From NCBI GenBank assembly GCA_045605805.1, contig JAZUQR010000021.1, forward strand, positions 85,336 to 149,335: a stretch of DNA of 64,000 nucleotides, written 5' to 3'. Made by a program: the position numbers and the translations under genes. Under the pieces are notes generated by a model, which ran no database searches, was not told the origin of the DNA, and was given only the letters and a program-made list of their open reading frames with translations. Source of the DNA: Alphaproteobacteria bacterium. Its GTDB lineage: Bacteria; Pseudomonadota; Alphaproteobacteria; CAAHEQ01; UBA3637. This document shows positions 61,439 to 64,000 of this stretch, piece by piece (within the stretch, counting starts at the first letter, position 1; every line of letters begins with the position of its first letter).

Positions 61439-62518
61439 TTATACTTTTCGCATCAAGCACAAAAAGAAACCATCAGTCCCCGTTCTGTATGGAGAATATC
61501 TTTTTTGGAACACAACTTTGTAATCTTGATGCTCCTTCAAAAAAGCATCAATCTGATGTTCATTTTCATCCAAAGTAAGCGAACAGGTAATATACGCCAA
61601 AAAGCCATTTTCGGCCACATATCCTTCGGCTCGTTTCAAAATATCATATTGTGATTGAGTAATGTGCTTCAACTGTTTTTCGGTTAAATGAAACCGCATA
61701 TTGGGACTTCTGCGCCAAGTCCCTGTTCCCGAACAAGGGGCATCCACCACCACATAATCAAATTGGCGCACAGGTTCGGGCAATTTGGGTTGAATTTGAA
61801 TGATATCAATATGCGCCCGAGTTGCCCGCTTTACAAGCTCAAACAACTTTTTCACAGTGATGTCATAGGCCCAAATAAGGCCTTTATTGTTCATCATCTG
61901 GGCAAAAATCAAAGATTTGCCACCCGCACCGGCGCAAAAATCAAACACTTTCTGTCCAGCCTTCACCCCAATATCCAAGGCAACCATCTGCGCCCCTTCA
62001 TCTTGCACTTCAATCAAGCCCTCTTTCCACGCTTTCGTACAAGTGAGATTCGTGTAAGTTGGCAAAATAAGCCCATAGCACGAATGTTCACAACAAAGCG
62101 TTTCAATACCCTCATCCGCCAACATTTGTTGAACTTTTGTCCTATCACCAATTGCCCGCAGCACAATGGGGGCATGGGCAAGCATTAAAGGTAATTCCTT
62201 TTCTGGATTGGGTAAATGAGATAAAAACCACTCAGGCACTTCCCACTTAACAAAATCGGGCATAGCAGATTCATCCAATGATTCCCGAACAAACAAGGCA
62301 ACCCTCTCGGCCCAAGATTTGTTTGGATAGGCATATTTCAAACGCCCCATAGCCCGCACACAACACCACACCAAATCCAACAAATCTCGTTTATCTTGGG
62401 CTTGAAAGTGTTTATGTGAAGCAATATAAGTATTGATAAGTTCGTTGGCCACAGCCGGTTTTTTTTCAATCCGTTCCAACAAAACAGCGGTATGTTTTTC
62501 CAAACTTTCAGGGGTCAT
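61439..62518 (-). CDS. RsmB/NOP-family RNA m5C methyltransferase
   Basis: VQDEGAQ, DFCAGAGGK, DAPCSGTG, YITCS. Confidence 0.9.
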   Translation of the reverse strand: MTPESLEKHTAVLLERIEKKPAVANELINTYIASHKHFQAQDKRDLLDLVWCCVRAMGRLKYAYPNKSWAERVALFVRESLDESAMPDFVKWEVPEWFLSHLPNPEKELPLMLAHAPIVLRAIGDRTKVQQMLADEGIETLCCEHSCYGLILPTYTNLTCTKAWKEGLIEVQDEGAQMVALDIGVKAGQKVFDFCAGAGGKSLIFAQMMNNKGLIWAYDITVKKLFELVKRATRAHIDIIQIQPKLPEPVRQFDYVVVDAPCSGTGTWRRSPNMRFHLTEKQLKHITQSQYDILKRAEGYVAENGFLAYITCSLTLDENEHQIDAFLKEHQDYKVVFQKRYSPYRTGTDGFFLCLMRKV

Positions 62519-63075
62519 TTTTCCTCAACCAAAAGGTTCATAAAGTTTTGCTCTTTACCATTCAAAAGCAACGATACATTCTGTGCCATTTTGTCCACAA
62601 CCAAAGCCAAGTGATCTTGTTCCTCTTTTGATGGGCGAGCAAGCACATAATCAGCCGCATCAATAGATTTATCTTGATCCACACCAATCCGCACACGCAT
62701 ATAGTTTGGCCCGATATGAGCATCAATGTTTTTTAAGCCATTGTGGCCGGCCGCACCGCCCCCAACTTTCACTTTCACCTTGCCCACTGGCAAAGCCAAT
62801 TCATCATGAAAAACAATCACATTTTCGGGTTTTAACTTATAAAAAGATAAAGCAGCCAACACCGCCTCACCCGACAGATTCATATATGTTTGTGGCTTCA
62901 AAGCAATCACTTTGTGGCCATCAATTTCCCCCACAGCAATCAAGCCTTTACCGGATTTTTTCCAATCATTAAAGGGAAAGCGGCGAACAATTTCGTCCAC
63001 CGCCCAAAATCCCATGTTGTGACGGGTAAAGGCATATTCCGAACCAGGATTGCCAAGCCCCACCAACAAAAACAT
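62515..63075 (-). CDS. pth: Peptidyl-tRNA hydrolase
   Basis: GLGNPG, TRHN.G, KPQTYMN.SG, GHNGLK. Confidence 0.97.
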   Translation of the reverse strand: MFLLVGLGNPGSEYAFTRHNMGFWAVDEIVRRFPFNDWKKSGKGLIAVGEIDGHKVIALKPQTYMNLSGEAVLAALSFYKLKPENVIVFHDELALPVGKVKVKVGGGAAGHNGLKNIDAHIGPNYMRVRIGVDQDKSIDAADYVLARPSKEEQDHLALVVDKMAQNVSLLLNGKEQNFMNLLVEEK

Positions 63076-63086
63076 TTTTCTGCTCC

Positions 63087-63710
63087 TTATTTTGTTTCGG
63101 CAGCAGGTGCTTCAGCGGCAGCAGCAGCAGCCCCTTCTTCGGCCACTTCTTCCTGAGCTGTCACAATGGTCGCCACTGTGAAATCTTCTTGAGCTGTCAA
63201 AACAACGCCTTCTGGCAATTGCAAAGCAAAAGCATCAAAAGAAGTACCCACTTCGGCCTCAGACAAATCCACAACAAATTCTGTTGGGATAGCATTTGCC
63301 TTACATTTCACTTCCACCGTACGATGCACAATATTCAACACACCGCCCTTTTTGATACCAGGACACACATCTTCGCCTGTAAAGTGCAAAGGAATATTCA
63401 TTGTCAACACAGAGTCAGCAGAAATACGCAAGAAATCGGCATGAATAGGACGATTGGACACAGGGTGTTTTTGAATATCTTGACACAACACCAAGTGTTT
63501 AGAACCATCATCCAATAAAATTTCATATTGACGAGTCCAAATACCTTTTTTGTTCATTTCAGCAACCATAACTTTTTCTTCCACAGAAATCATTTCAGGT
63601 GCTTTTTTATCTCCGTAAATCACAGCTGGAATGGAACCTTGAAGACGAATCGCCCGAGAGGCCCCCTTGCCGGCTTTTTCACGTTTTGTTGCTTTAATTT
63701 GTTCAGCCAT
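63087..63710 (-). CDS. rplY: 50S ribosomal protein L25/Ctc
   Basis: GKGASRAIR...IPAVIYG, HADFLR, PGIKKGG. Confidence 0.96.
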   Translation of the reverse strand: MAEQIKATKREKAGKGASRAIRLQGSIPAVIYGDKKAPEMISVEEKVMVAEMNKKGIWTRQYEILLDDGSKHLVLCQDIQKHPVSNRPIHADFLRISADSVLTMNIPLHFTGEDVCPGIKKGGVLNIVHRTVEVKCKANAIPTEFVVDLSEAEVGTSFDAFALQLPEGVVLTAQEDFTVATIVTAQEEVAEEGAAAAAAEAPAAETK

Positions 63711-63837
63711 AGTAAAAAATCCTTTATATTTTAATAAGTTAAACGAAAGATCCTCCTCCAGGGGTGAATCACTTTCGGCCATTCCAACCTTGGAACAACA
63801 GGCATATACTATCACATTTTTACCCAAAAATCAAGCA

Positions 63838-63875
63838 AAAAAAATCCCCCGATTTTTATGTCGGGGGAAGTTTTT
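63838..63875 (-). terminator. Intrinsic terminator
   Basis: TCCCCCGA...TCGGGGGA flanked by A/T runs. Confidence 0.7.
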
Positions 63876-63891
63876 ACCAAGGAAACCGGAC

Positions 63892-64000
63892 TTAGCGGTC
63901 ACTTCTGCCTTTTGTTGGCAAGCGACGGCTTGTTCCCGTTGCAATGGCCGACAATTTGGCTCTGAATCCCGTACGCACCTTTGTTGTGTCATTCGGTTCT
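63892..64000 (-). CDS. 3' end of a hypothetical protein (starts beyond the window)
   Basis: Open frame ...EPNDTTKVRTGFRAKLSAIATGTSRRLPTKGRSDR* followed by a terminator. Confidence 0.5.
   Translation of the reverse strand, partial: EPNDTTKVRTGFRAKLSAIATGTSRRLPTKGRSDR

Noticed and set aside
63750-63800. Possible rplY leader element (CACCCCTGGAGG on the mRNA strand)
   Set aside because: GC-rich and plausibly regulatory, but I cannot support a structure without alignments
1-64000. Reverse transcriptase systems (retron, DGR), prophage structural genes, rRNA, intact IS transposases
   Set aside because: No RT, capsid/terminase, DDE or rRNA signatures recognised

Overview
Chromosomal window from an AT-rich Gram-negative bacterium, most likely an alphaproteobacterium (inferred from LptG, BamB, YfgM-like and RHH_4 genes and their order). 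Two housekeeping blocks are present: 25.8-42.0 kb (tRNA-Leu, lon, clpX, tig, clpP, RND pump, tRNA-Arg, leuS, lptG, tRNA-Lys) and 55.5-64 kb (tRNA-Leu, SDR, yfgM-like, bamB, der, hemerythrin, ychF, RsmB-family, pth, rplY). They alternate with accessory DNA. Positions 1-16.4 kb are the right end of an island bounded by two duplicated tRNA 3' ends. It carries a putative defence pair, a glycan-modification operon, two Mpi-like serine invertases, a tyrosine recombinase with palindromic sites, Fic and ankyrin genes. At 16.4-25.7 kb, cargo blocks are separated by a dispersed repeat built on GCACCA plus a terminator. Positions 42-55.5 kb hold remnants, a 1.6-kaa EGF-repeat autotransporter, a third Mpi-like invertase and a tandem cassette array at tRNA-Leu(CAA). 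Best candidates for a new system are (i) integron-like, tRNA-anchored cassette arrays whose junctions encode orphan large-serine-recombinase C-terminal tails, and (ii) Mpi-type invertases with hix-like or Mpi-like inverted sites next to a glycan operon and an ankyrin operon. All family calls are by-eye recognition; no database search was run.
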